Origin: Candidatus Hadarchaeota archaeon
GTDB taxonomy: Archaea > CAYQAE01 > CAYVLA01
DNA: 64,000 nucleotides
Assembly: GCA_964621445.1 (NCBI GenBank)
Contig: CAZUNO010000013.1
Location: forward strand, 16,257 to 80,256
Direction: 5' to 3'
A program made the position numbers and the translations under genes. Positions 40,662 through 50,233 of this stretch are shown piece by piece (position 1 is the first letter of the stretch; each line of letters begins with the position of its first letter). The notes below the pieces were generated by a model. The model searched no databases, was not told the origin of the DNA, and saw only the letters and a program-made list of their open reading frames with translations.

Positions 40662-41021
40662 ATGAATAACGAACTTTTCCTCCTTATAACCATCCTGGCC
40701 CTACGGCTTGCCGATGGAGTGCTCAGCTATATCCCGGCCCAGGGACTAATCGATGGGATAGGCGAGGCAAATCCCATAGCCGAAATATTAATAGAGAAAT
40801 GGGGGTTTATGTTGGGCTTTGCAATAATGTTGGGTATATCCATGCTATTCATAATCGCCTTTCTTGCCGCTACATATCTCGAGGAGATTAGGAAGGCAAA
40901 CCAGGCAGACCTGGAAGCGGTGAGAAGAATCAAAGAGATTCGTCTGACTGGTCTGGTAGTCATAACCCTGCTTTCATCTCTTCCCGTTTTCAATAACTTA
41001 GCACTAGCTCTTCATCTATAG
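40662..41021 (+). CDS. Small membrane protein (DUF5658-like)
   Basis: D..L.Y...G.GEANP motif and 3 TM helices. The likely start is ATG 40662. Confidence 0.6.
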   Translation: MNNELFLLITILALRLADGVLSYIPAQGLIDGIGEANPIAEILIEKWGFMLGFAIMLGISMLFIIAFLAATYLEEIRKANQADLEAVRRIKEIRLTGLVVITLLSSLPVFNNLALALHL

Positions 41022-41066
41022 GTAGGGAACCGATAAGATGGATTTCTGCAAAAAAAATCCCCAATA

Positions 41067-42563
41067 TTGAGTCTGGTGATGGCCATTACCAAACAAGCAG
41101 CAGTAGTATTTCCACATCAACTTCTTGCAAGCCACCCGGCCCTGGATTCCAAAACAGAGGTCTTTGTATGCGAGGAGAAGAGATATTTCACCGACTTTCG
41201 CTTTCATAAGAAAAAGCTGGTTTTTCATAAAGCCTCGATTTTGGCATACATCGACTACCTTAGGGACCGTGGGAACCAGGTCCACTTTGTTCCACTATCC
41301 GATAGAACAACCTACGATCTCCTTGGGGCCTTAGAGGCGGAAGGAATAGAAATAGCCCTGGTCGCTGATATTTCGGATCACCTCCTAAATTCAAAATTGT
41401 ATAATCTCTCCGATAAGCACGGCATTTTGATCAAGGAGCTTGAGACCCCCTCCTTTCTTACCTCAAGGAGATGGATAGAAGAAAAAATGGGTGGAAAAGA
41501 CAGTTATCGGTTTACCGAATTCTACATTGAGAGGAGAAAGGAACTTGGAATCCTAATTGAAGGTGAGCAACCGGCCGGTGGAAAATGGACATTTGACACC
41601 CAAAACCGCAAGAGCTTGCCTAGGGACAATTCCGTTCCCCAATTACCGTCCGTTACCAGGGCCCCACAAGTTTCCACGGCTATCGATTGGGTGGAGGACA
41701 AGTTCCCGGAAAATCCAGGAACGGTAAACCCCTTCAATTTTCCCGTTACACACGAAGACTCCAGGGCCTGGTTTGAATCCTTTCTCAATGAAAGGTTGGC
41801 CTTATTTGGGGATTACCAGGATTCCATTTCCGGGGAAGGACCCCTGCTCTTTCACTCTTTGATTTCCCCCCTGTTGAATATCGGACTGCTGACACCAGGA
41901 ATGGTCATATCCCGAACCCTAGAATTTGCTGAAGGGCATGACATCCCGATCAAATCTCTGGAGGGTTTCATTAGACAAATCATCGGCTGGAGAGAATATG
42001 TCAGGGCAATCTACATGCTTCGCGGAGAGGAGCAAAGAAATTCCAATTTTTGGAATCATTCTCGACCTCTGCCAGATTCCTTCTATGAAGCGAATACTGG
42101 TATCGATCCCGTGGACCTCGTCCTGAAACGGGTATTGGATTCGGGATATGCCCATCACATAGAGCGTCTAATGGTGCTAGGTAACTTTCTTCTGCTGTGC
42201 GAGATACGCCCCGAGGACTCCTATAGATGGTTCATGGAGATGTTCATCGATGCATATGACTGGGTCATGGTTCCAAACCTCTTTGGCATGAGCCAGTATG
42301 CAGACGGTGGGATGATGACCACAAAGCCCTACATATGCTCATCCAACTATATACTGAAGATGAGCGATCTCCCCTCGGGAGACTGGTGCAAGTACTTGGA
42401 TGCATTATTCTGGAGATTTGTTGACAAACACAGGGAATTCCTCAGGAAAAACCCACGCACAGCTCTAATTGTTAGCAATCTACAAAGAATGGACCAGGAC
42501 AGAAGGAGGGAACTGGTTAAAATGGCTGATGAGTTCCTCGAGAAATTGGACCAGGATATCTAG
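41067..42563 (+). CDS. Cryptochrome/photolyase family protein (prokaryotic (6-4) photolyase-like, COG3046)
   Basis: FPHQL, FHKKKL, GGKWTFD..NR, FHSLIS..LNIGLL, EGFIRQIIGWREY, HHIERLM and DAYDWVM.PN. Confidence 0.9.
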   Translation: MSLVMAITKQAAVVFPHQLLASHPALDSKTEVFVCEEKRYFTDFRFHKKKLVFHKASILAYIDYLRDRGNQVHFVPLSDRTTYDLLGALEAEGIEIALVADISDHLLNSKLYNLSDKHGILIKELETPSFLTSRRWIEEKMGGKDSYRFTEFYIERRKELGILIEGEQPAGGKWTFDTQNRKSLPRDNSVPQLPSVTRAPQVSTAIDWVEDKFPENPGTVNPFNFPVTHEDSRAWFESFLNERLALFGDYQDSISGEGPLLFHSLISPLLNIGLLTPGMVISRTLEFAEGHDIPIKSLEGFIRQIIGWREYVRAIYMLRGEEQRNSNFWNHSRPLPDSFYEANTGIDPVDLVLKRVLDSGYAHHIERLMVLGNFLLLCEIRPEDSYRWFMEMFIDAYDWVMVPNLFGMSQYADGGMMTTKPYICSSNYILKMSDLPSGDWCKYLDALFWRFVDKHREFLRKNPRTALIVSNLQRMDQDRRRELVKMADEFLEKLDQDI

Positions 42564-42565
42564 CC

Positions 42566-43837
42566 TTACTCCTCTGGAAATATGACCCTTAGCACCCCGT
42601 CATATGCCCTTAGCTTCCCTAGGGCCCTTTCCGCCTCCTCAGATGACAGTTCATCATCCATTTCCAATCTCATGAGCTGTTTAAGGTCCCCAAAGAGAGC
42701 ATCGAACGAACCTTCAACATCGAGGTCATCATTCATGTGATGGCTGAAATCATCATCAAGCTGGGAAATAATTCGTTCCGCTCGCTCATGGCTTCCTTTC
42801 CCATTCACATGTTCAAGCATTGATACAAATCTTCTGAACCTGCATAACCTCCCGGCAGCTCTTTCCAGGCCTTTCTCGGTAAGGTCAAGGGGTGAACGGT
42901 AATGTCCGCATATAAGGAAGAAACGGATTTCCTCTGGAGAGTATCCATCCGCCAGCAAATCATCAAGGTATACAACGTTTCCCTTGCTCTTTGACATCTT
43001 ATCCCCATCCAGAAACAGATGTTCCCCATGGAGCCAGTAATTTGCATACCTCTCGCCGGAAAGGGATTCAACGATAGCTATGGTATAGTCATGGTGCCGA
43101 TATAGATTGTCAATACCGCCACAGGCAATATCTATGCGGTGACCTAGATGCTTGATTACCATGGCAGCATCCTGAATATTCCAGGAAGGACGCCCCTTTC
43201 CGATATCCGTATCCCAGTATACCTTATCTCCTTCCTCATAGCCATGCCACAGGATAAAGTCCCCGCGGTTCCATCTCATTCCTGGATAGGTGTCTTTCTT
43301 GAATCTGATTTTCTTATCTGGCCACCGACTCATATCTAGTCCATAGAGCTTTCCGAAGTCATCGAATTTCAGCGGGTCAAAGAAAACGTCGCCCCCGTGC
43401 CAGTATGCGTAACCGTCATCAATCAGCTGCTTTGTTATCTCAACGCATTTGTCAACCGTCTCCGAGGCCCTCGGATTGACGCTCGGTTCCGCTATATGAA
43501 GCGTTTTGGCATTGTTGTGGAATCGCTCGCTAATGCCACCCGTTAACTCCCAGAGGGAAACTCCCTTCTTCTCGGCCTCCTCCATGGCCTTGTCCTCTAC
43601 ATCGGTAAAGACCAATACACGTTCTGCCTCATATCCAAGGAACTCGAGATATCTCTGGAGTATATCCTCGTAAAGAAAGGTTCGGAAATTGCCTATATGG
43701 GCTCTCTGATAGGTGGATGGTCCACAGGTAAACATCTTGACCTTTCCACATTCCAGGGGTCGGAATGGCTCCTTTCTATCATTAAGAGTGTTCATAAGAT
43801 TAAGCACGGTGTGTGCTTGTTCTTTCTTCTCGTCCAT
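42566..43837 (-). CDS. Cysteinyl-tRNA synthetase-like protein (divergent, lacks anticodon-binding domain)
   Basis: TCGPSTY, HIGN and KMSKS are present. It has GRPSWNIQDAAM and HHDYT instead of GRPGWHIEC and HHENE, and ends just after a DALR-like helical region. Confidence 0.8.
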   Translation of the reverse strand: MDEKKEQAHTVLNLMNTLNDRKEPFRPLECGKVKMFTCGPSTYQRAHIGNFRTFLYEDILQRYLEFLGYEAERVLVFTDVEDKAMEEAEKKGVSLWELTGGISERFHNNAKTLHIAEPSVNPRASETVDKCVEITKQLIDDGYAYWHGGDVFFDPLKFDDFGKLYGLDMSRWPDKKIRFKKDTYPGMRWNRGDFILWHGYEEGDKVYWDTDIGKGRPSWNIQDAAMVIKHLGHRIDIACGGIDNLYRHHDYTIAIVESLSGERYANYWLHGEHLFLDGDKMSKSKGNVVYLDDLLADGYSPEEIRFFLICGHYRSPLDLTEKGLERAAGRLCRFRRFVSMLEHVNGKGSHERAERIISQLDDDFSHHMNDDLDVEGSFDALFGDLKQLMRLEMDDELSSEEAERALGKLRAYDGVLRVIFPEE

Positions 43838-44032
43838 GCGGGCGGATTAAAATGGTAGAATAAATAACTTGAAAATTGCTCCAGAAACTGCGTGGTGTTG
43901 TCACCACCGATCCATCATACGAGACGGGGCCTGGATAATAGATGAATAGGTAAGTTACCGCTAACTAATCAGCCTTCAAAATTACGAGACCGAAAACCGT
44001 TATATTCAGCACACAGCGAGAAATAGAATGGT

Positions 44033-45382
44033 TTGTACAAACCGAACCTCCTCCTTATAGCCGTTGACAGCCTTAGAGCCGACCACATGAGCTGCTATGG
44101 TTACCACAGACTAACAACTCCTCACATTGATGGCATCGCTTCCAAAGGACTGCTCTTCGAAAATGCATTCAGCCCCCATATACCGACAATCCCTGGATAC
44201 ACGGCGATGCTGACAGGTACCGATGTTATCTCAAATCAAGCGGTAAGTCTAGCACCGGAAAGCCCCTTACCTCCATCAATCAAATTGCTGCCTGAGATTC
44301 TAGGGACTAAGGGCTATGTATCCGCATGTGTCGGTTTTGACGATTCATTCTTCCGAGGATTTGATACTTACAGGACCTATGAAATGTGGAGGTCCTGGGA
44401 AGACGCTCCCGCCAACAAAGCCGAGAATCTAAACAAGGAGGCAATTTCACTCCTGGAATCAATGGCAGGCCAACAATTCTTCCTGTTCCTACGGCATATG
44501 GACCCTCATGCCCCATACCTACCGCCACCCCCCTTTAGAGACATGTTTTACGGGGACGACCCATGCAATCCGGAGCTAGACACAATGGGATCTGTACTAG
44601 ATAGAAAGTCCTTCGGTGATTTCTTCAAATCCTGGATGCCCCCTGATATAACCGATATCAACTGGGTCGTGGCACAGTACGATTCCGCTCTAGCCTATAT
44701 GGATGTCTGTATCAATAGCCTTATTACAAAGCTCAAGGAACTGGGCGTCTTAGAGGACACCCTAATCGTAATTACCTCGGATCATGGCGAAACCCTGACA
44801 GAGCACGGCATATACTTTGATCATCATGGGCTATACGAACCAACAATCCATATTCCGTTAATACTGCACTTTCCGGGCAAGATTCCCCCCGGCGCAAGGA
44901 ATACGGAATTAGTGCTCCAGCAGGATCTCGCTCCAACCATATTGGATCTAATGGGGAGTAAGGAAGAAAACGATGAATCTCATATGGACGGGAGGAGCAT
45001 GAGGTCACTACTAGAAGGAGGGGAAACGGTAAGGGATTCAGGCTTCTACATGACGGAGTGTACTTGGATGAGAAAACAGGGCTGGCGTACGTCTCGATAC
45101 AAGCTCATACAGGCACTGGAAAATGACCTTTACGGACTTCCTTCCCTGGAACTCTATGACCTCAAGGAAGACCCTCAAGAAATGAACAATATTGCTCATG
45201 AGAGGCCCGAGATTGTTGAAATTCTCGCCGAGAGGATGGACAGGTGGAAGGCTAGAAGAATGAGAGAATCGGGGAAGCCCGACCCCATAGCAAATTCGAG
45301 ACCGTCCTTTCTCGCATCAGGCTATCACTTGCCAGGCCTAAAATCGAAACGCCGCAAGCAAGCCAACGATGATAAAAAATAA
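44033..45382 (+). CDS. Sulfatase/alkaline-phosphatase superfamily hydrolase (Thr at nucleophile position)
   Basis: VDSLRADH, PTIPGY, DPHAPY, TSDHGE and ELYDL..DP.E. Confidence 0.85.
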   Translation: MYKPNLLLIAVDSLRADHMSCYGYHRLTTPHIDGIASKGLLFENAFSPHIPTIPGYTAMLTGTDVISNQAVSLAPESPLPPSIKLLPEILGTKGYVSACVGFDDSFFRGFDTYRTYEMWRSWEDAPANKAENLNKEAISLLESMAGQQFFLFLRHMDPHAPYLPPPPFRDMFYGDDPCNPELDTMGSVLDRKSFGDFFKSWMPPDITDINWVVAQYDSALAYMDVCINSLITKLKELGVLEDTLIVITSDHGETLTEHGIYFDHHGLYEPTIHIPLILHFPGKIPPGARNTELVLQQDLAPTILDLMGSKEENDESHMDGRSMRSLLEGGETVRDSGFYMTECTWMRKQGWRTSRYKLIQALENDLYGLPSLELYDLKEDPQEMNNIAHERPEIVEILAERMDRWKARRMRESGKPDPIANSRPSFLASGYHLPGLKSKRRKQANDDKK

Positions 45383-45464
45383 GTTTGACCAAAAAAACAT
45401 ATTGGTCACTGGGATGAAAACTGAGGTACCCATTTATCACCCAAAGATATCTCAAAGTGACTAG

Positions 45465-46544
45465 ATGACCATGACACCACGAGAAAGGTTCCTTAAGGTA
45501 TTCCATTTTGAGGAAGTCGATCGCGTACCTGACTGTGAATTCGGGTACTGGGTAGATACCCTGGACCGATGGCACGGGGAAGGGCTGCCAATGTGGGTTA
45601 CGGATAACCATCTCGCCAATCTCTACTTCGGTTTCGAGCAGAGGCGCAATGTCCCCATTCATATTCCATTCCGAGAATTCCAGAGAGAAATACTTGAGGA
45701 AAACGACAGGTATGAGGTAGTTCGTGACCAGAAGGGAGTCGTCCAAAAAAGATGGAAGAAGGGCGTATCCAACTCCATACCCAGCTTCCTCGAATTTCCG
45801 GTTAAGGACAGGGAGAGCTGGGAATCCTATAGGGATCGATTTGACCTGGATGGAATTAGAAAACCGGAAAACTGGGAGGAATTGAAGGACGAGTGGGAGA
45901 ACCGTGACTATCCTCTGGGAGTGGGCGGTGGAGGATTCTTTGGCTGGATACGGGGCATGATGGGCGTTAAAACAGCGGTACGTACATTCTACTCTGACCC
46001 TGATCTGGTAAAGGATATATTCGACTTCAGGGCCAAGATGATGCGCAGGTCGGTTAAAGAAGCCGTATCAGAAGTTGATATTGATTTTTCCTCCTGGTGG
46101 GAGGATATGTGTTATAACAGCGGCCCTCTCATCTCCCCCAAACTATTCAAGGAGTTCATGGTGCCCCAATACAAGAAAATCACCCGCGTGCTTTACGATC
46201 ACGGGGTAGATATCAATTATCTCGATTGTGATGGCGATATAACTGCCCTGGTTCCTCTCTGGATTGAAGCCGGGATAAACTGTATGTTTCCCCTGGAAAT
46301 TCGTGGAGGGACCGATCCTGAGGGTCTACGTGAGGAATACGGAAGAAATGTCCTCCTCATGGGAGGAGTTGACAAGGTGGCACTGGCAAAGGGTAGAGAG
46401 GCTATTGATGCCGAGATCGAAAGGGTTAAGCCTCTGGTGGAGGACGGGGGATACGTTCCCCATGTCGACCATAGGGTTCCTGCAGATGTAGGTTACGAGG
46501 ATTACATCTACTATGTCAAGCGTAAAAGGGAACACTTGCTTTAA
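45465..46544 (+). CDS. Uroporphyrinogen decarboxylase/MtaA-CmuA family protein
   Basis: TPRERF....F..VDRVP, WEDMCYNSGPLISP, DCDG, GGVDK and PHVDHRVP. Confidence 0.85.
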   Translation: MTMTPRERFLKVFHFEEVDRVPDCEFGYWVDTLDRWHGEGLPMWVTDNHLANLYFGFEQRRNVPIHIPFREFQREILEENDRYEVVRDQKGVVQKRWKKGVSNSIPSFLEFPVKDRESWESYRDRFDLDGIRKPENWEELKDEWENRDYPLGVGGGGFFGWIRGMMGVKTAVRTFYSDPDLVKDIFDFRAKMMRRSVKEAVSEVDIDFSSWWEDMCYNSGPLISPKLFKEFMVPQYKKITRVLYDHGVDINYLDCDGDITALVPLWIEAGINCMFPLEIRGGTDPEGLREEYGRNVLLMGGVDKVALAKGREAIDAEIERVKPLVEDGGYVPHVDHRVPADVGYEDYIYYVKRKREHLL

Positions 46545-46561
46545 TTTCTGGGGAAAACCCC

Positions 46562-46867
46562 TTAGGGAGAATCAACCTCAACGGCCACCTCATTTTTCCT
46601 TAAAAACCACGGCACGTAAGGGGCGTTGTAAAGCATGGAGAATATGCCTTTGGCACCGAGCTTCATGGTTGGTACGAAGTAATGCAATTCGCTAGCGGTC
46701 ATGGGAACCTTATCATTTCGCCTATTGCCTCCATTTATGAACCTGAAGAGGATATTAAAGGCATCGTCCTTCTGACCTTCCACCTTAGCAATTATTAGAG
46801 GCGGATATCTTCTTATCTCAATGTCCCCGAGTTCCCGGATTTTAGAGTAATTTGCCTGCTCTACCAC
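46562..46867 (-). pseudogene. SOUL heme-binding protein, internally shortened
   Basis: The SOUL N-terminus (EQANY...EIRRYP...AF..LF.FI.G.N...VPMTA) and C-terminus (YNAP.VPWFLRKNEV) are only about 20 aa apart. GTG start at 46867. Confidence 0.65.
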
Positions 46868-47145
46868 GTTACTGGGCCCAGGATTTTTGAATATATAGTT
46901 ACCCAAAATCTTGGTAAAGAAACGATCCATGTCGATGGGTAAAGGTGTAGAACCTATTCCCACCGGCTATCGGGAACTAGTTTTTTGTATCTCTCGAGCA
47001 GATCGCGGTGATCCCCATTCAGAAACAGGATCACCCCCTCCTGCTTTGAGGTTTCTCCAGGCAATATCTCCTTTATGGACAGGTCACACCTCATTAGATA
47101 TCTTCCCGAAGAAGATGGTAGGGAAAAAAAGAAAAAAGAGAGGAT

Positions 47146-47622
47146 TCACTCATTCTCTACCGGCAGCGCCTCTTCCGAGCTTGGGTAAACCCGCCTTAGG
47201 CCGATTCGATACTTGTCCTCTCCCAGCTTCATGCCCCCAACGAAGGCCTTCCTCTTGTGAAGGTATCTTCCCCGCAGGGCACCGGTCCGCTCTCCATCCT
47301 TGTACAGAACGCCATGCCATACGCCGTTCTTATCTCTGCGGGCGACCAGGTCGTGTGTATCTCCATCAAAAGATAACTTGCCCTTGGCCCTACCCGCCGC
47401 TACGAATGCCCTGACCTTGACCTTTGGAAGACATTCAACGGCTTCGGTGGTTGGCTCCGCCCCGCAGGGCTCGGCGCGACCCAGGAAGAAGACCCACCTC
47501 CCCTTGATCTTCTCCGAGGTTTTTTCAATTTCTTCTTTCGGCTCGTTGACCTCGACGGCGAATGCCAGCGTTCCACACAGGGCGACCAACATGACCGTCA
47601 AGGCGGTAATTTTCTTCTTCGT
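47146..47622 (-). CDS. Secreted hypothetical protein (apparent ACG start codon)
   Basis: GAGGTGA RBS is 5 nt before an in-frame ACG. This gives (M)KKKITALTVMLVALCGTLAFA, a signal peptide, followed by a basic beta-rich domain. Confidence 0.55.
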   Translation of the reverse strand, partial: TKKKITALTVMLVALCGTLAFAVEVNEPKEEIEKTSEKIKGRWVFFLGRAEPCGAEPTTEAVECLPKVKVRAFVAAGRAKGKLSFDGDTHDLVARRDKNGVWHGVLYKDGERTGALRGRYLHKRKAFVGGMKLGEDKYRIGLRRVYPSSEEALPVENE

Positions 47623-47907
47623 CTAAATCACCTCGCCGTTGAGAGAGCCCGGAACGCTACTTCTGTGTTGGGCGGAATCGGACGGAACGCCTCGGGACCA
47701 AAACCGGATGATAACATTCCCTCCGCTCAAAATATATTGACGATGCCTCTAATGCCCTGATTGAGCCAACGCCATGGCCTCCTTCGCACATATCATATCT
47801 CCCAGGAACCGTCGAAATGCCCCATATGAGCTAGATTGTAAAGATTTTCAGTCAATCGTCGTTACTGAATCGAAAACTACATAAAGTAAGTTGTCATTCC
47901 TATTTAT

Positions 47908-48873
47908 ATGGAAGAGGGGAGTCGGCACCTAGGAAAGCTCATTCTTTGGGAGATCGTACTTCTTTTTCTACTTGTGGTGCTCGTTACCTATGCCCCCAAA
48001 CTGGTTGAAATTGAGTCCTTGAACCTGGACGAGATAGTCTCTGACATTCTCCCACCGGCACTTACGGTAATTTTCGTGTTGATGGTCACCAAGCTGTTTC
48101 TCTATGTCTTGCAGCCCGTTTTTAACCGGGCATTGCCACGGTACCTATCCTCCTCCTATGATGTAGAACACACCTGGCAGTTCGTCAGGTATATGGTGTG
48201 GATAGTCGCATTCATCCTCCTTTCCTTCCTGTTGCTGGGCAACATAGTCACCCTTACCGTTTTCCTGGGGTTGGTTGCCGCAGTTTTCATAATTCTATCA
48301 CATGAGGCGATAGCCAATTTCGCGGGATGGCTTCAAATCATATTCAGGAGTCCGATTCGCAGAGGCGAGCTCATCGAGATCGACGGGATAAAGGGAAGAA
48401 TATCTGAGGTAACTACAATGAATGTGGTGCTTGAGGAGATAAGCGATATGGCAGGTGAAATGAATAGAACCGGAAGAAAGGTTACCGTGCCCAACCGTTA
48501 TCTCTTTACTAAGCCAGTATTTTCCATTCGTTCGGAGAACGCGTTGATCTGGGACCAGATCAAGGTCATGCTGGCCTCCAAGGCAGATAACCAGTTGGCA
48601 GAGGAGATCGTCAGCCAGGTAGCGAAGAGTGCAGTTGGTCCGGTGATGAGAAAACACCGGCAGGCCATGATCCAGGAGCTGCCCGCAGGAGCAAAGGTCC
48701 CCTCCATACCCACCACTTCCACCTCCCTCGAGCCGGAGGGAGTTCAAATCACGCTAAGATACTTCTGCCCCGCATCGGAGAGACTCGAGATACGTTCCAC
48801 TATCTCACAGGCCATCCTTCGAGAATTCAAGGATGAGGGAATCGAGATAGTATCCAAATCGAGATCTGAGTAG
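47908..48873 (+). CDS. Small-conductance mechanosensitive channel (MscS family)
   Basis: N-terminal TMs, IANFAG..I....P...GE.IEIDG..G.I..V and VTVPN. Confidence 0.88.
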   Translation: MEEGSRHLGKLILWEIVLLFLLVVLVTYAPKLVEIESLNLDEIVSDILPPALTVIFVLMVTKLFLYVLQPVFNRALPRYLSSSYDVEHTWQFVRYMVWIVAFILLSFLLLGNIVTLTVFLGLVAAVFIILSHEAIANFAGWLQIIFRSPIRRGELIEIDGIKGRISEVTTMNVVLEEISDMAGEMNRTGRKVTVPNRYLFTKPVFSIRSENALIWDQIKVMLASKADNQLAEEIVSQVAKSAVGPVMRKHRQAMIQELPAGAKVPSIPTTSTSLEPEGVQITLRYFCPASERLEIRSTISQAILREFKDEGIEIVSKSRSE

Positions 48874-48885
48874 GAGCTGAAATGA

Positions 48886-50226
48886 TTGTACGTTGTCATC
48901 GGGGGAGCGGGCGATGCGGGAATTCAGCTAGGGAGATTGTTGAGGAGCGGTGGTCATGAGGTGGCATTTGTCGAGAGGGATCACAGTTCCGCTGAAGAAG
49001 CCAAGGATATTGACGCCCTGGTTGTAGAGGGCGACGTGTGCGATCCATCCAAACTTATTGATGCCGGCATCAGGAGCTGCGATTACTACGTGGGGCTGGT
49101 CACCGAGGACAGCGGTAACCTGGCCAGCTGTTCTCTGGCAAATTATTTCGGTTGCCAGACCATTGCCAGGATAAGGTCCTCATCACTCCTGCGTCAACCT
49201 TACTCTCGAAGATACGCCAGGATGGGGGTTGACGTGGCCCTTTGCCCGGCTCTAATCGCCGCTTCCCAGGTATCACACGTGCTGGCATTTCCATCCCAAC
49301 TAAGGGATATACAGAAGAAAGGGATAAATGCCCATCATGGGGTGGTCGAATCCACCTCTAACTGCTGCTCGACTCCCATATCGGACATTGAATTGCCCGG
49401 TAACTCGAGAATCGTGTCCGTATTCAGGGGGGTTGAACATATAATTCCCTCAAGCTCCCTGGTCCTGCGCCCGGAGGACGAGCTCTGTGTTTTTGTCGAC
49501 CGGAAGGGAGAACCCGAGAAGATAGGGGAGTCCCTGGGAATCAATCTGGAACCATACATGGAGTCCCAGGATGTCTTTATCGCTGGAATAACGGATACCG
49601 GAATGACCCTGGCACGGCGGCTGATGGAATCTGGAATCTCGGTCACTATCATGGCCCTTTCCGAGGAGAAATTAAGAGAGGCCGCAGATCAACTTCCCAA
49701 GGCCTCAATAATAAGAGCCGATCCCCTGGGGCATGACGTTCTAAAGAGGGAGGAGATCGAACATTTTGACGTTTTTCTAGCCATGGGCAGCAGCATGGAG
49801 AGGAACATGCTGATCTCCCTCCTGACCAAAAGGTTTGGAGTTCCCCGGGCGCTGGCCATGATTGATCGTATAGACCTCAAGGAATCCATAGAGGAGACCC
49901 TGGTGGACGACGTCATAGTTCCCGACCTGTTACTGGTAAAGACCCTGCTTACACTTCTCGAAGGTAGTGGCCCGCTGAGGAGGAGAAATCTCCAGACGGA
50001 TGAGATAATAATTACCGAAATTGAGGCTTTGTCCAAATCCCGCTGCGTTGGAAAGACCGTCGGCACCTTTACGCCCTCTACAATAGGCTTCCTCATCGCT
50101 GGGATTGTTCGAAAGGAGGATAGTATCGTGCCCGATGATGAATACATCATATCTGAAGGGGACGAGCTGATAGTTCTCTACAGGTCTAGGGAATACGACA
50201 CGGTGAAAAGATGGCTCGTGGGATGA
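48886..50226 (+). CDS. trkA: Trk system potassium uptake protein TrkA
   Basis: Two RCK_N/RCK_C repeats with GGAGDAG, directly upstream of trkH. Confidence 0.88.
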   Translation: MYVVIGGAGDAGIQLGRLLRSGGHEVAFVERDHSSAEEAKDIDALVVEGDVCDPSKLIDAGIRSCDYYVGLVTEDSGNLASCSLANYFGCQTIARIRSSSLLRQPYSRRYARMGVDVALCPALIAASQVSHVLAFPSQLRDIQKKGINAHHGVVESTSNCCSTPISDIELPGNSRIVSVFRGVEHIIPSSSLVLRPEDELCVFVDRKGEPEKIGESLGINLEPYMESQDVFIAGITDTGMTLARRLMESGISVTIMALSEEKLREAADQLPKASIIRADPLGHDVLKREEIEHFDVFLAMGSSMERNMLISLLTKRFGVPRALAMIDRIDLKESIEETLVDDVIVPDLLLVKTLLTLLEGSGPLRRRNLQTDEIIITEIEALSKSRCVGKTVGTFTPSTIGFLIAGIVRKEDSIVPDDEYIISEGDELIVLYRSREYDTVKRWLVG

Positions 50227-50233
50227 TCCAGAA

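Noticed and set aside
47008-47035. GGTGATCC...GGATCACC inverted repeat
   Set aside because: It is a single 8-bp stem with no other copy noticed and no transposon context.
47640-47900. Possible riboswitch or ncRNA in the long intergenic region
   Set aside because: I could not match any known aptamer consensus or find convincing extended pairing.
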